Positions 1-12,502 of a DNA stretch of 39,015 nt are shown here, piece by piece. Location of the stretch: positions 1,344,447-1,383,461 of the forward strand of contig RDEW01000004.1 in assembly GCA_011109175.1 (NCBI GenBank). Direction: 5' to 3'. Within the stretch, counting starts at the first letter, position 1; each line of letters opens with the position of its first letter. Below the pieces are notes generated by a model. The model saw only the letters and a list, made by a program, of their open reading frames with translations, searched no databases and was not told the origin of the DNA. The translations under genes were made by a program, and so were the position numbers. The DNA comes from Dicyema japonicum (lineage: Eukaryota; Animalia; Dicyemida).

Positions 1-590
1 GGATTTACGGATAAGAACTATTTCGAAAATATGTGTGGGAGTACGCTGAGCATGGGCTGAAGTGTTTGAGTATCCTCAGAGATAAAATCCAGATCGTCCG
101 CATAAATTACCTCGTCATAGTTGTTTCCAATCAGGGCCCTGAACTCTCTTAGTGCAGCTTCAAGGTAGACAACAAAGAGGACCGGAGATAACGAGTCCCC
201 CTGTGGAACTCCACGTAAAGTCGTAAAAAAGTTGGATGCACGTTTGTCACTTTCGACAGAAAGAGGAGGGTTCTGTATGAGCAGGCGTCGTCAGGGATGA
301 AAAAACTCTTAAGAGCTTCCATAATCGTTTCCCGTGTACCTAATCCAATACAAGGACATATCAATGCCAAGTATTTCAATATTTTTTATACTTTTGTAAT
401 AGGGACAATACCATCTGTGCCCCCACTACATCGGCTGTTACCGGCCTGCACCGAAATCTACAATTCCGGGTTTTTGTAGTGGTATTATCCACCCTTTCCC
501 AGTTTCAACGTATTGTCTTCCTGGAAAGACCGATTGAAAACATCGGTGATCATTTTGCCTAGCTCCTGGAATGGTTAGCATGCTGGAATG
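1..590 (-). mobile_element. RTE-like non-LTR retrotransposon RT fragment, degenerate and cut by the window edge
   Basis: Minus strand reads HRWYC..ILGIDMS and TLRGVPQGDSLSPVLFVVYLEAAL..EVIYADDLDFI, then TAG. Closely similar by eye to 36409-37100. Clade label is tentative. Confidence 0.85.
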
Positions 591-654
591 AGCACCATCA
601 CCTGTCTTTTGTAATCTGACAGCTGTCACATTTAACCGATAAAGAAAATTTAAA

Positions 655-950
655 TTTTTTTTTGTTAAACAATAACAATTTATTGAAGAATAAAACCAAA
701 TAGTTAAAGGCTACTGGCTGCTCTCAGGATTGAGAGCGCATTTCCCCTTACGATCTGTAAGGAGATGCGCTCAATGAGCCAGCCCTTCTCTCTGACATCC
801 CTCCTCCTTTTAGCGACTAACGATCAAATTTTGTTGAGCAGAGCTAACGACCTGCTTCCTATGACTCCCGAAGTTTCGACTGCGACTGGTTCAAATGTGT
901 ATTGTCGCCGAGGCATGTGTACTTCTTTGCTTTTAAATTATTTTTCTGTA
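655..950 (-). mobile_element. 3' end of a CRE-like (RLE-encoding) non-LTR retrotransposon with A tail
   Basis: Minus strand reads KKYTCLGDN.TFEPVAVETSGVIG..REKGWLIERISLQIVRGNALSILRAASSL*, then a short UTR and an A run (T run at 655-663 on +). Matches the KY..L...F.P.A.ET.G / QRGNA C-terminus of CRE-clade ORFs. Confidence 0.75.
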
Positions 951-1067
951 TTTTTTTAATTTCATTATCGGACAGGATGTGTGCTCAAAAATGTCAGTGA
1001 CTTTCTTTTAATTGATAGGTAAACATATTTTGAATATGAGACGATAATAAATGTTATATCCCTAACT

Positions 1068-1090
1068 CAGGGGTTTCAAACACGCGGCCC
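1068..1090 (+). repeat. hAT-Charlie-like terminal inverted repeat (orphan)
   Basis: CAGGGGTTTCAAACACGCGGCCC resembles Charlie/MER1-type termini; no partner end found. Confidence 0.4.
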
Positions 1091-1439
1091 AAAAATAATC
1101 TAAAAAATTAATATAATTTTTAATAGTCACAGTCCTATTAATTAATCCGCGAATAAATTAATTGTGGTTCGCAAATTAAATTAAAAATATGAAAATTTCA
1201 TAAAATTTTCATTGGATATTATTCAACAAAATTAATTAATTTAACGGCTAATTGGTTGAAGTTTCAGTTTTGTTCGTCTGTTCCTCTTCTTTCTTTCTAT
1301 TAGAGTGGTGTCACGTGATCCACCTTTTTAGGTGGCGCCCAGTGCCAGGCCGGCACGAAAAAGGATCATTTGCTTCCCCCACTTTATTGGAGGGGTTTCC
1401 ACAACTGCAAGTATGGACGTCTTTTACCTCTAATGTTGA

Positions 1440-1546
1440 TTCCGAATTGACTCTCTGTAGAAGTGTAAACCGGATACATTTAATTAGTTGTTTACTTCAA
1501 CTTCTTTCTCGGTGTATTCGGGGTCAATAAATAATAATAAAAAAAC
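1440..1546 (+). mobile_element. 3' end of a LINE (GGGATCACTTAATTAGTTG family) with A-rich tail
   Basis: GGATACATTTAATTAGTTGTTTACTTC..TTCGGGGTCAATAAATAATAATAAAAAAA aligns with 37675-37755. Confidence 0.5.
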
Positions 1547-1807
1547 GTGAACAAATGCGTCTAGTGGGATTAACTAAGAAAAATTAAAGAAATTAAAGGA
1601 AATCATTAATAATCTTGACGTAGGTGGGAATATTAGTCCATTTGACAGATTTCGTCTAAGAAACTCTCTAAAAATTTATTTTCCACGAGAAAAAGGCCTA
1701 TATTTTACACGGTAATAAAAAGCTACGGTTTTTTGTGAAGAACAGCGTTTAATGCTAAAAACATTACCTTAAAGTCACAATTTATTAGTCAAAACATAAT
1801 TATATTA

Positions 1808-1876
1808 GTAGAGACCGACTATTTCCAAAACTGAATTATAATCACTTTGGTAGAGACCGACTATTTCCAAAACTGA
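1808..1876. repeat. 27-bp direct repeat, period 42
   Basis: GTAGAGACCGACTATTTCCAAAACTGA at 1808-1834 and 1850-1876. Confidence 0.9.
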
Positions 1877-2114
1877 GACAGGAGCATTACAAGATTGGTA
1901 GGGATTTTATTGGGACAGTTGTTTCAAATTGTGTATTTTGTCAGGTATTTTTTGCTTATTATTTCCACATGCAAAGAAATTACTGAACACGAAACCGCCT
2001 ATAACACCGATCTTATCTAGGTCAAGGGGATGACTTAATAGACCTAAAAGGATATCAGAAATGAATGATGGATATTCATGGGTATGATTTCTGATATAAA
2101 AGTTTAGATGTACT

Positions 2115-2275
2115 TCAAAAAGGTAAAATAGAACTAGAAAACCGAACTTTCCAAGAAAAATGGGAACATTTATAATTTGTTACAGATTTGAAAAAAAAGT
2201 TCAATGCATGATCTGCATGGAGTACAAAAAGAGTATAACATAAAAAGGCATTATGAGTCTTAACATAAAGATGAC
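2115..2275 (+). mobile_element. hAT (Charlie/GTF2IRD2-like) transposase N-terminal zinc-finger fragment
   Basis: Degenerate ENRTFQEKWEHL*FVT..VQCMIC..KEYNIKRHYES matches the ENR.F...W...Y...C.IC...KEYNLKRHY motif; it stops where the LINE RT begins. Confidence 0.7.
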
Positions 2276-2323
2276 TAGGAAATTTATTGTGAATAACGAA
2301 AAAGCACAAAAACCAAAATACTG

Positions 2324-3247
2324 GGATTTCGGCATAAAAAAGGGACTGGAGATTGCTTTAAAGAGCTAAGATCTGCAATCGAAATTTCACGAAATAAAAA
2401 GGAATTTCTTACAATAGCATGTTTGGATATAACAAAAGCGTTTGACAGTGTTTGGCACTTTGGACTTGTTGATACGTTGTCAAAAGCAGAAATTGGGAAA
2501 ACTGCGTTATTATGGATAGAAAACTTTCTTTCAAAAAGAAAGTCATATATACGTGTTGGAAATTTAATTTCAAAGAAAATTGAATTGCGAAGAGAAGTTC
2601 CACAGGGTTCAATTCTCAGCCCGCTACTCTTCAATTGCGTAATGAGAGATTTGCCAAAAACAGAGAGCGTAAATAGTCAAATGATTATTTATGCTGATGA
2701 CATTCTTGTGCTTGATTCAAGCATGAATAAACAAATTTCATGGAAAAGGGTGGAATCCCATATTACTAAGATTGGAAAGTGGTGCCAAAACAATGGGTTG
2801 ACTCTATCGAGGGAAAAAACAACAGTCACTTGGATTGCAAGTAAAAGAAAAAATATTAATCAATGTGTGAATACTGGGGATATAAAAATCTCTGAAACAT
2901 TGAAGTATCTCGGATTGTTGATAGATCGAAGAGAATCTTTCAAGGAACATATTAAAACACGAAGAAAGAAAGCTACAGGAATGTTGAAATCTTTAATTCG
3001 ATTTCATTTGGAGCCTGAAACTTTTCTTTTTGTGTATTCGGCGTGTGTTGAACCTTTCTTGATATATGGTTATCAAGGATGGTTTAGAACAAAAGAAAGT
3101 GATGTCTTTGTCAAAAAATTGGAAAAGTCCAGAAGATTTGCGATTAAATTGGCATATGGACTGGACTTAAAATCTAATATCGAAGAGGATTACGACCTGA
3201 AAGTCAGAAAGATAGAAAAATTATTACATCACTTATGGAAAATGTGA
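2324..3247 (+). mobile_element. 5'-truncated non-LTR retrotransposon RT (I/Jockey-like group)
   Basis: Open frame GFRHKKGTGDC..LDITKAFDSVWH..VPQGSILSPLLFN..IIYADDILV..KYLGLLID plus thumb (ORF 2423-3247). Confidence 0.93.
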
Positions 3248-3618
3248 TGTAATTTTTGGGGTCCAAACGAAGTAGAGACATGTGGTGTCTCATAAAATGA
3301 CCCTACACGATGAATACAAACCCACTCAATTAGTTTTGGTTCAGGTTTTGGTTTCTTTACAGTAATTAGTTTTGGGGTTTGTTAGAAAATAAAATTTGTC
3401 TTGTCTTGTCAAACTAAAATACTTTTATTACATTAGCGAAATTATTCAAAAATATGTATAATGTGGTACAGTTATGTTGTAAGTGAAATGATCGCAATTC
3501 TTAAAACTCATATACAGATGTAAGTTTTATTAAAGACTGTCTTTTAAAAGTCAGTGAAATAATTTTTCTGAGAAAAAGATTCTATTCGAGAGTCTTAGTA
3601 TGTCACCAAATATTGTTG

Positions 3619-3810
3619 CTAGAGCACCGGTTTCAGAGACGACGGGAATCCAGCCGCCTCAAGAGAGCGTTTCACAACCCCCTTGATTGCTGCATGCCTT
3701 GGTATTCTGCCTCTGCCGAGACCGCAAGAAAGCGTGTGAAGACCTTTGAAGTCAACAACAGATCCACAACGACATGGATGAGGCTGCCAGATCATCCACT
3801 TTTTCGACAC
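3619..3810 (-). mobile_element. CRE-like element zinc-knuckle fragment
   Basis: HPCRCGSVVDFKGLHTLSCGLGRGRIPRHAAIKGVVKRSLEAAGFPSSLKP fits the CxCG..VD..G.H.LSC...GR..RH motif that precedes the RLE. Confidence 0.8.
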
Positions 3811-4274
3811 AGATAAATTTTATGACATTTCTAACCAATATAGCAATTTATTAATTATGTTAGTTAACAAGGTAAGTTTTTAAGTAGCTTTTATACTGCA
3901 GATGGTGCATACATTTTCCCTCATTGTAATGCAACATATTAACCCACATGGGAAGCAACAAACGCCAATAATGATTCCTTTAGTTGTGAATCTTTTTTTA
4001 AAATTGTGATTCTAAAATAAAAAAATCATAAACCTGACATACTTCTGACATTTTAAAATGAATATTTAATACTTAATTTTACATTTTATTTTTATTTTGG
4101 TTAGCCACCGTAAATACATTTTATTTTTATTTTGGTTAGCCACCGAAACATTTTATTTATATGATTTTTGTTGTTTGCGAAAATAAAATATACTGTGTAA
4201 AATAATTAAAAAATTTTAACTTTAAGAATTTATGGATGCCATCTTTGATTTTAAATATTTATTTAAAAAAAGAA

Positions 4275-5440
4275 TCACCGACAAAATAAAAGGGAATGGG
4301 GGCCGTCAGGTAAGGGGATTGACGTTCCATTAAGAATCAAAAAAAGTGCCGAGTTTGTCAGTTTTTTATTGGAAGTAAAAATCATTGAGTTCAATTTTAC
4401 AGGACTTATGAGTAATATGTTCCTCGTAAGCCAACAACTCAGGTTGTACAGTAGGGATCCTTGTGGGACCCCATTCGGCAAAAATTTAGTGACAGAAAAT
4501 GCAGAATGTGATATTACCGTTAAGGAAGTTTGCAAGCCAAATTTTCAAATTGTTTAAAATGTTGGAGCCATAAATCTTCCTAGTGAGTAATTTCCTCGGA
4601 ATCGAGTCAAAAGCCTCTGTGTGTCAATGGAGCACATAAGGGTCTTTTGATGTCGAGGTTTGCATTGTAGGCCCTCCTTGATGAAATTCGTCAAGTAGAT
4701 GAGCAGTTGTAGAATTAGCCTTCTTAAAACCATGTTGGAAGGATACGTAGGGGAAGTAAGGGTTATTCTGATCGACAATGAGTTTTTCCAGAATTTTTGA
4801 AGAAGCACACAGAAGAGTATAGGTCTGTTAGAAGCTGGTGTGTCCTTCGGCCGATCTGGTTTTAGTAGGGATAGAGTTCCTGCTGATGGTGAGGTTCAAA
4901 ATTCGAGTGAAGGCCATGATAGCTTAAGGGCCTATCTTCTTCAATAATATTGTAGGGACCTCTGGAGTAGGACGATTTTTGGTTTTGAATCGCCTACCGT
5001 ACTTCATCCATAGAAAGATTATTTGTGGTTGCGTCACGTTTAGGTTTGATGGATGAAATGAAAGGACCCTCAATTTTCTGGTTGGGGATGAAACTCACGG
5101 AAGAATAAATCTTTATGATCTTGTTTAAAAAGTTCTCGTTTTCCAGGTCTTTGCAAGGAGGCGTCCTCACAGAGTTGGTGAAGCTCCGAAGAGTATTCCA
5201 CATCCTCGTGAAGGAGGACTGTTTTCTTAGGGTAACAGGAAGGTAATCCATACCCTCTCCTTTTTCTCTTTGGCCTTGTTTCTGATCTCTTTCTCCAAGA
5301 CACTGGTTTCCCTAGATTGAATCTGTAGACTTTCCATGAAATTTCTTTCCTACCTAAATGAATAGGTTTTGCAGGAAGGCTTCTTATGAAATGGATTGGC
5401 TTTCTTTTGATGAAAGTCTTCATACTCTCAAACATTACAC
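4275..5440 (-). mobile_element. Frameshifted non-LTR retrotransposon ORF2 remnant
   Basis: Across frames: KPDRPKDTPASNRPI.., EAFDSIPRKLL..WLANFLNG, NGVPQGSLL. Confidence 0.75.
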
Positions 5441-5799
5441 CATTGAAATATGCGTTATAGTGGGAGTTGAAGTTGTTAAAATCAAACCATACAAGCTGTA
5501 GTCGACGAAGTATGAAAATAATCTACCAAAAAAACCATTTTCTCTTTCCCATTCGGTCGTCTTGTACGCCGGATATGAGGCGTTGTTTGCTCTTCTGGAA
5601 ACTTTTGCTTTATGGATTGAACGAGTCCCAAGACTGAAACCCCCAATTATTGTGCAGTTTAATTCTAACGATATAAAAAGATCCTGGAGCTTCCGAGTCT
5701 TTTGTCAAAAACAAAGATCGACATCTGCTGTCTGGTAAACTTTGCCGTGCTGGACCCAAAAACATTGAAGAATATGTTTTTTTTAATCTTCAAAGCGAA

Positions 5800-5915
5800 T
5801 CATCGACCACGCTGAACTATTGCAAAGAGGAAGAAAGATATTAGAGAAATGAGCTGGCTTATTGAGCACATTTCCTTACAAATCCTCATGAAAAATGAGT
5901 TTTCAATCAGAGAGG
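5800..5915 (+). mobile_element. CRE-like 3' end fragment
   Basis: AKRKKDIREMSWLIEHISLQILMKNEFSI; DNA aligns to the 714-782 copy. Confidence 0.6.
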
Positions 5916-6149
5916 TTACACTTGACTGAAAGGAACTTCTAGTAGGTTTTAAATGTTTGTGTTGTTAAAAATAAAATAATGTTCTTTATCAAAGTTTATC
6001 TAACTATGCTACACTTGCACTATTATGTCAGCTATTTAAACGCTCTAAAAATTCTCGAGAACGAGAAAAGTTTTTTTTTGTAAATAAAATGTTAAAAATT
6101 ATATAATGCACTGTATATATTGCCTGTTGCCAATGAAAGAAGTGGCGGC

Positions 6150-6420
6150 AACGAAACAGTGGGTAAGTATGTCTGGAATTGCACAAATGCAATGTGTACT
6201 AAATACAAAACAACTCAATCAATTAGAAACGATAGTTGTTTTTCGGATTTTAACATATCTTTGGATAAAATATTAAGCCTTATTTGGTGTTGGTAATCCA
6301 ATTATAATAAACAACTCAATCAATTAGAAACGATAGTTGTTTTTCGGATTTTAACATATCTTTGGATAAGATATTAAGCCTTATTTGGTGTTGGTAATCC
6401 AATTATAATTTAAAAAACAC
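6150..6420 (+). mobile_element. Merlin/ISXO2-like transposase N-terminal fragment
   Basis: YVWNCTNAMCTKYKTTQSIRNDSCFSDFNISLDKILSLIWCW resembles W.C...C...SIR..S.F....L.L..IL; partly duplicated (6208-6409). Confidence 0.5.
6208..6409. repeat. Tandem duplication, 101-bp unit
   Basis: Copies start at 6208 and 6309; one substitution (GATAAAAT/GATAAGAT). Confidence 0.95.
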
Positions 6421-6508
6421 TATAACTTTTTCGAGTTGTTCGGAAAAAACAAGGTGTGAAAAAAGAAAAATTAGACCTAAAGGAATGGATGTTCAAAGAT
6501 AACATCTT

Positions 6509-7083
6509 GATAATTTATTAAAGATTATTAAAATGGTTAAAGTGGTTCAATAAATGATTTTGGAACTTTTTATAATTTTCGTGAAGGGGGATACTTTACG
6601 GTTATATCGAAAAGGGGGGCTACTTTACAGGATAATTTATTAAAGATTATTAAAATGGTTAAAGTGGTTCAATAAATGATTTTGGAACTTTTTATAATTT
6701 TCGTGAAGGGGGATACTTTACGGTTATATCGAAAAGGGGGGATACTTTACAGGTGATCCTAACTTTTATTATAAGATTAATTTTACAAATTTTGGCTAAA
6801 TTCCGAAAAGTCACAGCCCTATAAATGCAAAAGTTGAAATTGCAGTAAAATTCACTTAAGACAATACTCCTGANGGTTCAATAAATGATTTTGGAACTTT
6901 TTATAATTTTCGTGAAGGGGGATACTTTACGGTTGTATCGAAAAGGGGGGATACTTTACAGGTGATCCTAATTTTTATTATAAGATTAATTTTTACACAT
7001 TTTGGCTAAATTCCGAAAAGTCACAGCCCTATAAATGCAAAAGTTGAAATTGCAGTAAAATTCACTTAAGATAATACTCCTGA
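6509..7083. repeat. Overlapping tandem duplications (122-bp unit; ~208-bp unit separated by a single N)
   Basis: 6509-6630 and 6631-6752; 6666-6873, N at 6874, 6875-7083, differing by about four substitutions and one indel. Confidence 0.95.
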
Positions 7084-7289
7084 AAACGAAATGTTCAATA
7101 TGCGCTTATTCGAAGAAGAATCAAGACTCTCTATGAATATCTGGGGTGAAATAAATCATGTTAACAGGCTATGAATACGCAGAACGTAATTATACACTAA
7201 AAGTGCACCAGTAGGGTTTTCAAAAATATCGCTCTTTCGGAGACTATTTTTAACACGTCAATTATGGAGGATTTATATACTAAAGGATG

Positions 7290-7510
7290 TTTGACCGCAG
7301 TCTATTCAGATATATCTAAAGTTTTCGACAGTGTATGGTATCTTTGACTTATTATATGTATTACAAGATGTGGCGTTGAAAAAGAGCTTCGGCTAAAAAG
7401 TTTGCTCTAGGATAGACAATCAATTGTTAATTTTTTAAATAAAATTTGCATGGAAGAGGTATTGCTCAGTTCTCTATTATTCAACACTAATGAATTGTCT
7501 CCCCCAGAAA
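7290..7510 (+). mobile_element. Decayed non-LTR RT fragment
   Basis: AVYSDISKVFDSVWY..LKSLL*DRQSIV..SSLLFN. Confidence 0.55.
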
Positions 7511-7781
7511 ATCCATGTACATAAATCTTGATATTCACAAACAATTTCATAATATATGACTAGTCCTTAAACCCTATGGTGTTTGAGAAAAGATTTAAGA
7601 CGTAGATGAACCAGATTGAAAAGCGACGCAACGGACACGTTCTTTACGTCAGACATGAGAAGTCTGCTATGGTATGGGTAACAGTTAGTTTGCCGACCAA
7701 AAGAACACTAGGGTTAGGTCAGTTCCCTATTCACAACAAACAGTAAATTCAAAATAAATTTCAAAAAAAGAAATATTAAAT

Positions 7782-10700
7782 TTATTCAACAAATAGTTTA
7801 TGCCATCGATCGGGGACCATACAAAAATACAAATTGGCCGCCCTCAAAAACCTACTCCGATATAAAGAAGGATTCAGAATAGTTGGTGCCTTACCTAAAA
7901 ATACAAAAACAGGTGACCAATTGATCCCAAAAGTCCCGAAGACTTTATCGCAGTCTCCAATCTCTTCGACAGCGTGTACGTCTGCAAGCAATCTACGATT
8001 AAATAAACCTCTCAACCAACTAATCCGATCACAAGGAATTTACCGTCATTGTTGATCGCCAGTAGCATCGAGTAGTCTACAATCCCATTTGAACACAGAA
8101 AGTTAGTGTCCTCCTCCAATGCAGTCATTACCACCTGCTTAGTGTACAGAGACACGAACATAGAGTCCTGAATGCCTCCTTGAATACTGCAAACAACGAC
8201 TTTCAAAAAAATTCTCGTCCATAAGTACAGAATTGTTGGACTCATCCACCATTCGGTTCCTCATCGACCCCTTCAGGTCGTAGATCTGTGATATCGGGGA
8301 TTAGATCAACCTTGTCAAATTTGCAGTCATAAAATAGATTCTCCACCACAATCACATCCAAATGAGTCGAAAAATCCGTGACCAGATTCTTGCAGGAGAT
8401 ACGATAAAATCCCACAATTTTCGCCAATACACACGGTCTCTTTAAGTCAATTCAAACCCCACGTGACTCGACTTCCTCAAGATAATGTGTTTCATCAGTT
8501 CGGGACAGAGCTTCTCCAACGACTCAAACTCAACAAAATTCACGGTCTTTAGCAGAAATCGCTCATCTAAGCTTCATAAGAACACCAACCTTCTGTCTGG
8601 TAAAACAGGGACTTTGAATTCCCCCCACTTGATTTCCACAGAGGACTCTGTCGCAGAGAACGGATAAAACTGATATTACATGACAACCAACTTTTCTTCA
8701 GTCGATTTTAAGACACACGTGCGAAACAAGTGAAATGATTCGGCGTGGAAGATAGAACATTTGAACCATATTTTGGAATCCCCGAATTCTGGAGTATTAT
8801 CTCACCAAATTCTAACCAACATCCACATGTTTGTCCTCTCCAACACCACATGTTGTCAAAATCTCCTCAGGAGAGATCTCCCCCGACTTCCACTTGTCAG
8901 CTAAGTCCTGATAGACAGAGGAACTAAAGCTCAGTCACATGATTACTTCAAAGCATGAGCAATTATGGTGCCGGGTTGTTGTATGTCAATGACAACAAGA
9001 AGTCCATCAAATGTGGACGAAAAACACATTTCCGAATGTCCCCAGGCTAATTTCGGTAAATTCTGAGTCGATTCAATAGTATCTAGAGTTGCCAATTGAT
9101 CCTCAATAGATAGTTTAGCCTAAAAGTTATAGTGACCCAATAAAAGCAGTAAATTTAGATAACCAAAAACGGAAATATAAATTTCCAGCCTGAGTCGATT
9201 CAATAGTATCTAGAGTTGCCAATTGATCCTCAATAGATAGTTTAGCCTAAAAGTTATAGTGACCCAATAAAAGCAGTAAATTTAGATAACCAAAAACGGA
9301 AATATAAATTTCCAGCACTATTAGCAGTAAATTTCGTAAATTAGCTTTAAGGCATGAAATTTAGTCCAAAAATAAAATTTACAAATTTCATACTTCTTTC
9401 ATATTTGGTAGTAAGGCCGACGAATTCCACTTTTTGGAATTTAATTTCGTACTAATCGAGTTACTGCTCTCACATTTGTGAAGAGTAGTTGCCTCACTTA
9501 AATAATAGAAAAGTCAACCGTTTGTTCCAATGATCGATCATAGCCAACATTCCGGCTTTGATTTGAAAGTAAAGGTCATGGATCACATCGTACACGTGAC
9601 TAAACTCATCCTTGATTTCCATTAACTGGCCAATTCCTGATATCGAATGACGAAGGTTTTTCTCAATTTTCTGCATTATAACACAGAGAACCCAAAATGT
9701 GTCAAGAAATGGATCGTCTTCTATCTGCTGGGAAAAGTCCACCAACTTTTCAGTCAGTGAATTCAACAGATAGGTGGTGGTCTCCACATATCGAGCAACA
9801 CAGCTCAGGCTAGACATATCGACAAATGTCTTCTTAGCCAAAATTTTACGAGGCAAAATTACGTCAAAGTTTGTAATTGTACCACAACTGGTATCAACCT
9901 CAAAAACCACCGAAAAATGAAGAGGATCCTCCCCACAGAAAAGAAGGTGACTCCCTCGGCAAACAGAGAATGACCACATTTCTCTATTCGCACAACATCC
10001 TCCGTGAACATCATCTGCAAATATCTTCCGAACGAGACCCCGTCACTACACATATACCGCACGGGGGAGGTCTAAGTCACTATAAAGCTCACTGTTTGAC
10101 AGACTGTGCAGAAAGTCCAGCAGATCACATCCTGTAAAGAAAGCAACCATTTCTTTGGTGGTACCATGGCAACCACAATCTGACGGTTTTCATAAACAAA
10201 TCTGAGCACATGGTCATTAAAGCAACAGCCACACTCGCAGTTGGCCCTGGAATATGGATTGAGATCACCTGTAGGCGTGTTTGATAAAGAACTCCCCCAG
10301 TGTAGTCTCAAAATCAATTTCCTCCACACGAGCGGCTATGCAGGGAAAAGGGTTCTGTCGGAGGGGTAGTTTATGGACCTCAAACGTACAGAATAAGCGA
10401 CTTTTTAACATTGGTTGAAAGTAGGATGACTTGGGATACGCGGGTACATTATTCGATGAAATATCCACGTGGCAAGGAACCATGCAACGGAAACAGGCGA
10501 GATTTACTTCGTTGGATGGTTCCGGAACATGAAAATAGTTTTTGGAGTTTTTTGAAGTATTTAAAAGAACTTCAGGGACAAGGGTCGTCTCATTCGAAGT
10601 AATTAGCCCAGAGTTAAGGATTACAGTCTCCACGTGGGACGGGATGTAGCTGTATGTTGTCAACAAATGGGAACTGACATCAAAGGGAAATCGAACTGAA

Positions 10701-12502
10701 TCGTCCAACAACATAGTTTGAGAAGATTTAGCAAAGTAGTCAATAAATCCGACAAAGAGCATCAAAATTCTGGACAGCACTGCATTTTTCTTTTCCTTTT
10801 GGATTTCGTCCTCTGATTCTTCAATCAGAAAATCTTTTATGCGGGAAATTTCGTCAAAAAATATTCCGCTAATCTCGTTTTTACTCACTTTGTCGAAAAT
10901 CTCCCGTCCATTGGTTTTGGAAATACAAAACTCCTCTGTGAAACTAAAGAAAGAAATTCCCAAGGCATCAGTCGGCACATGAAGGTCCCGCGAACCCAGG
11001 GTGGCATCCAAATTCCAGATTAATGAGATCTCCGAGTAAGAGAACAAAATGAAGTCGATTATTAATTTTAAAGACAACTTCACTCTTGCCAACCAATTTT
11101 TGTTGCCTTGTAGCAAAACTGTATAGAATTCCCCATTTTTGGGGAACTGAAAATACACTAGGGACTTCTTTCTCCCATTCATACCAACGTGGGACTTGAC
11201 GAAACAAAGAGGAGACCTTCCCAACTTGATATTCTCGTCCAAGTCGTACACTGAGGGAACAACCTCGACACCCGTGAGCGTAGCCATCCTCTGAATGACC
11301 GTCTAATGGTTTATAGACTCTGTCTTACCTTTTTGACGTTGGAGAAGAGGACAATTCCTCGTTCGTGAAGGAATTCTCGAAGAATGGAAGACACTTTTCC
11401 TCCGATTAGAACCACTTTGGGGGATAAGAGTCGAATCTTCTCATAGCATTTATAATCCAAAAATTCCCGCTTAAATTGAAACAGGAAAATACCTCATTGT
11501 GGAATTGTTCAATGGATGAGTACCCAGGTAGGGTTGTACTGTCAAATTGCTGAGAGATCAACAAAATAGTGACGTCACAAGAGAGGTTCATAAGGCTCTT
11601 GTGCCAAAATTGATAAGAGAACACGACACCGTTAAAAATATTGACATCAAATTCATCCTCCAAAATCTGAGAAATTAAATAAATTATAAATAGTTTTTAA
11701 TAAATTTAGATAATTTAAAATAAATGTTATTTTTCAATTTTATTTAAATACAGTTTTGATGTGATATATGTTCTTCCTGTAATCCAAGTTGCAGATTTCA
11801 TCAACCACCTTTAAAATTTTGGGAATAAACTCCTCATCTATTCCTTTCGACTTTAAAATACAGGAGGCAAATTTTTGATAGAATTTCTTATACTGTTCCC
11901 TAAGAGTTATCATCGTAAACTACATAATATCGGCCATATTTGTGGACGATTTGTCCGAATACTTCAGGGCCATGTTCGAGACGTCCAACGATTTCAAAAT
12001 TTCCGAATATTTTTCATCAAAGTTGACCACGTGCTCAATAAAGTATGGCTGGGTAAAAATCTTTCCTTCTGAGGCGACCTGGGATTCTTCGGATCCCTGA
12101 GTGGCCAGAAGCTCCAAGTAACTTAGCTTGGGGACACCTTTTATATCAATCGATGTCCTCCTGGAAGTATGAGCGGAGCCTGGTTGAAAATGACCACGTG
12201 GGCAGCAGTAAACACATTTCAGGACTTTAGACCCTAAAATAGGCCCTTTTTTTTACCACGGGGCTTCACTGAGCACCAATAAGTAGCGCAGTTGTAGCAA
12301 AAGACTCTCCTACAAAAAGAGCATTGCTTCTTAAATAGAGTGATAGTTTGGCGGCATTCAAAACACCTGCTGTCGTCCAGTAATTCTCCGGTAGAGTACT
12401 TTTGGAGTAAATTTTTGCAGTATTTTGATAAGTCAATATTAAGGTCGTAAATCTCAAAATCTTTAAATACATCATCCAACTACTTTTTTTGGTTAATGAC
12501 AT
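7782..12502 (-). CDS. PIKFYVE: PIKfyve/FAB1 phosphatidylinositol 3-phosphate 5-kinase (multi-exon)
   Basis: Manual splicing gives ATG at 12502 (MSLTKK|NFEIY), a FYVE-like Cys pattern and a CCT-like domain (YHIKT|ILEDEF..GVVFS..PKVVLIGG..GIVLFSNVKK). Kinase region: FIRSL..GGNSK..ERFLLK, RPCVLAKIVG, IYDLKGSMRNR, DEN, IVDYSML, and C-terminus KAPTILNPSLYRSRF..YFCMVPDRW, with TAA ending at 7782. Exon boundaries between about 9980 and 11100 were not fully resolved. Confidence 0.95.
9063..9316. repeat. Tandem duplication, 127-bp unit, spanning a PIKfyve intron/exon junction
   Basis: Copies start at 9063 and 9190; identical by eye. Confidence 0.95.

Noticed and set aside
714-782. Standalone ncRNA or SECIS
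   Set aside because: No AUGA/GA quartet; the sequence is the coding C-terminus of CRE-like elements.
2324-3247. Prokaryotic RT system (retron, DGR, group II intron)
   Set aside because: Motifs (KAFDSVWH, PQGS.LSP, YADD, YLG thumb) and the intron-rich context indicate a non-LTR retrotransposon.
6208-7083. CRISPR-like or satellite array
   Set aside because: Units are 101-208 bp, occur only twice, have no spacers, and no cas genes are present.
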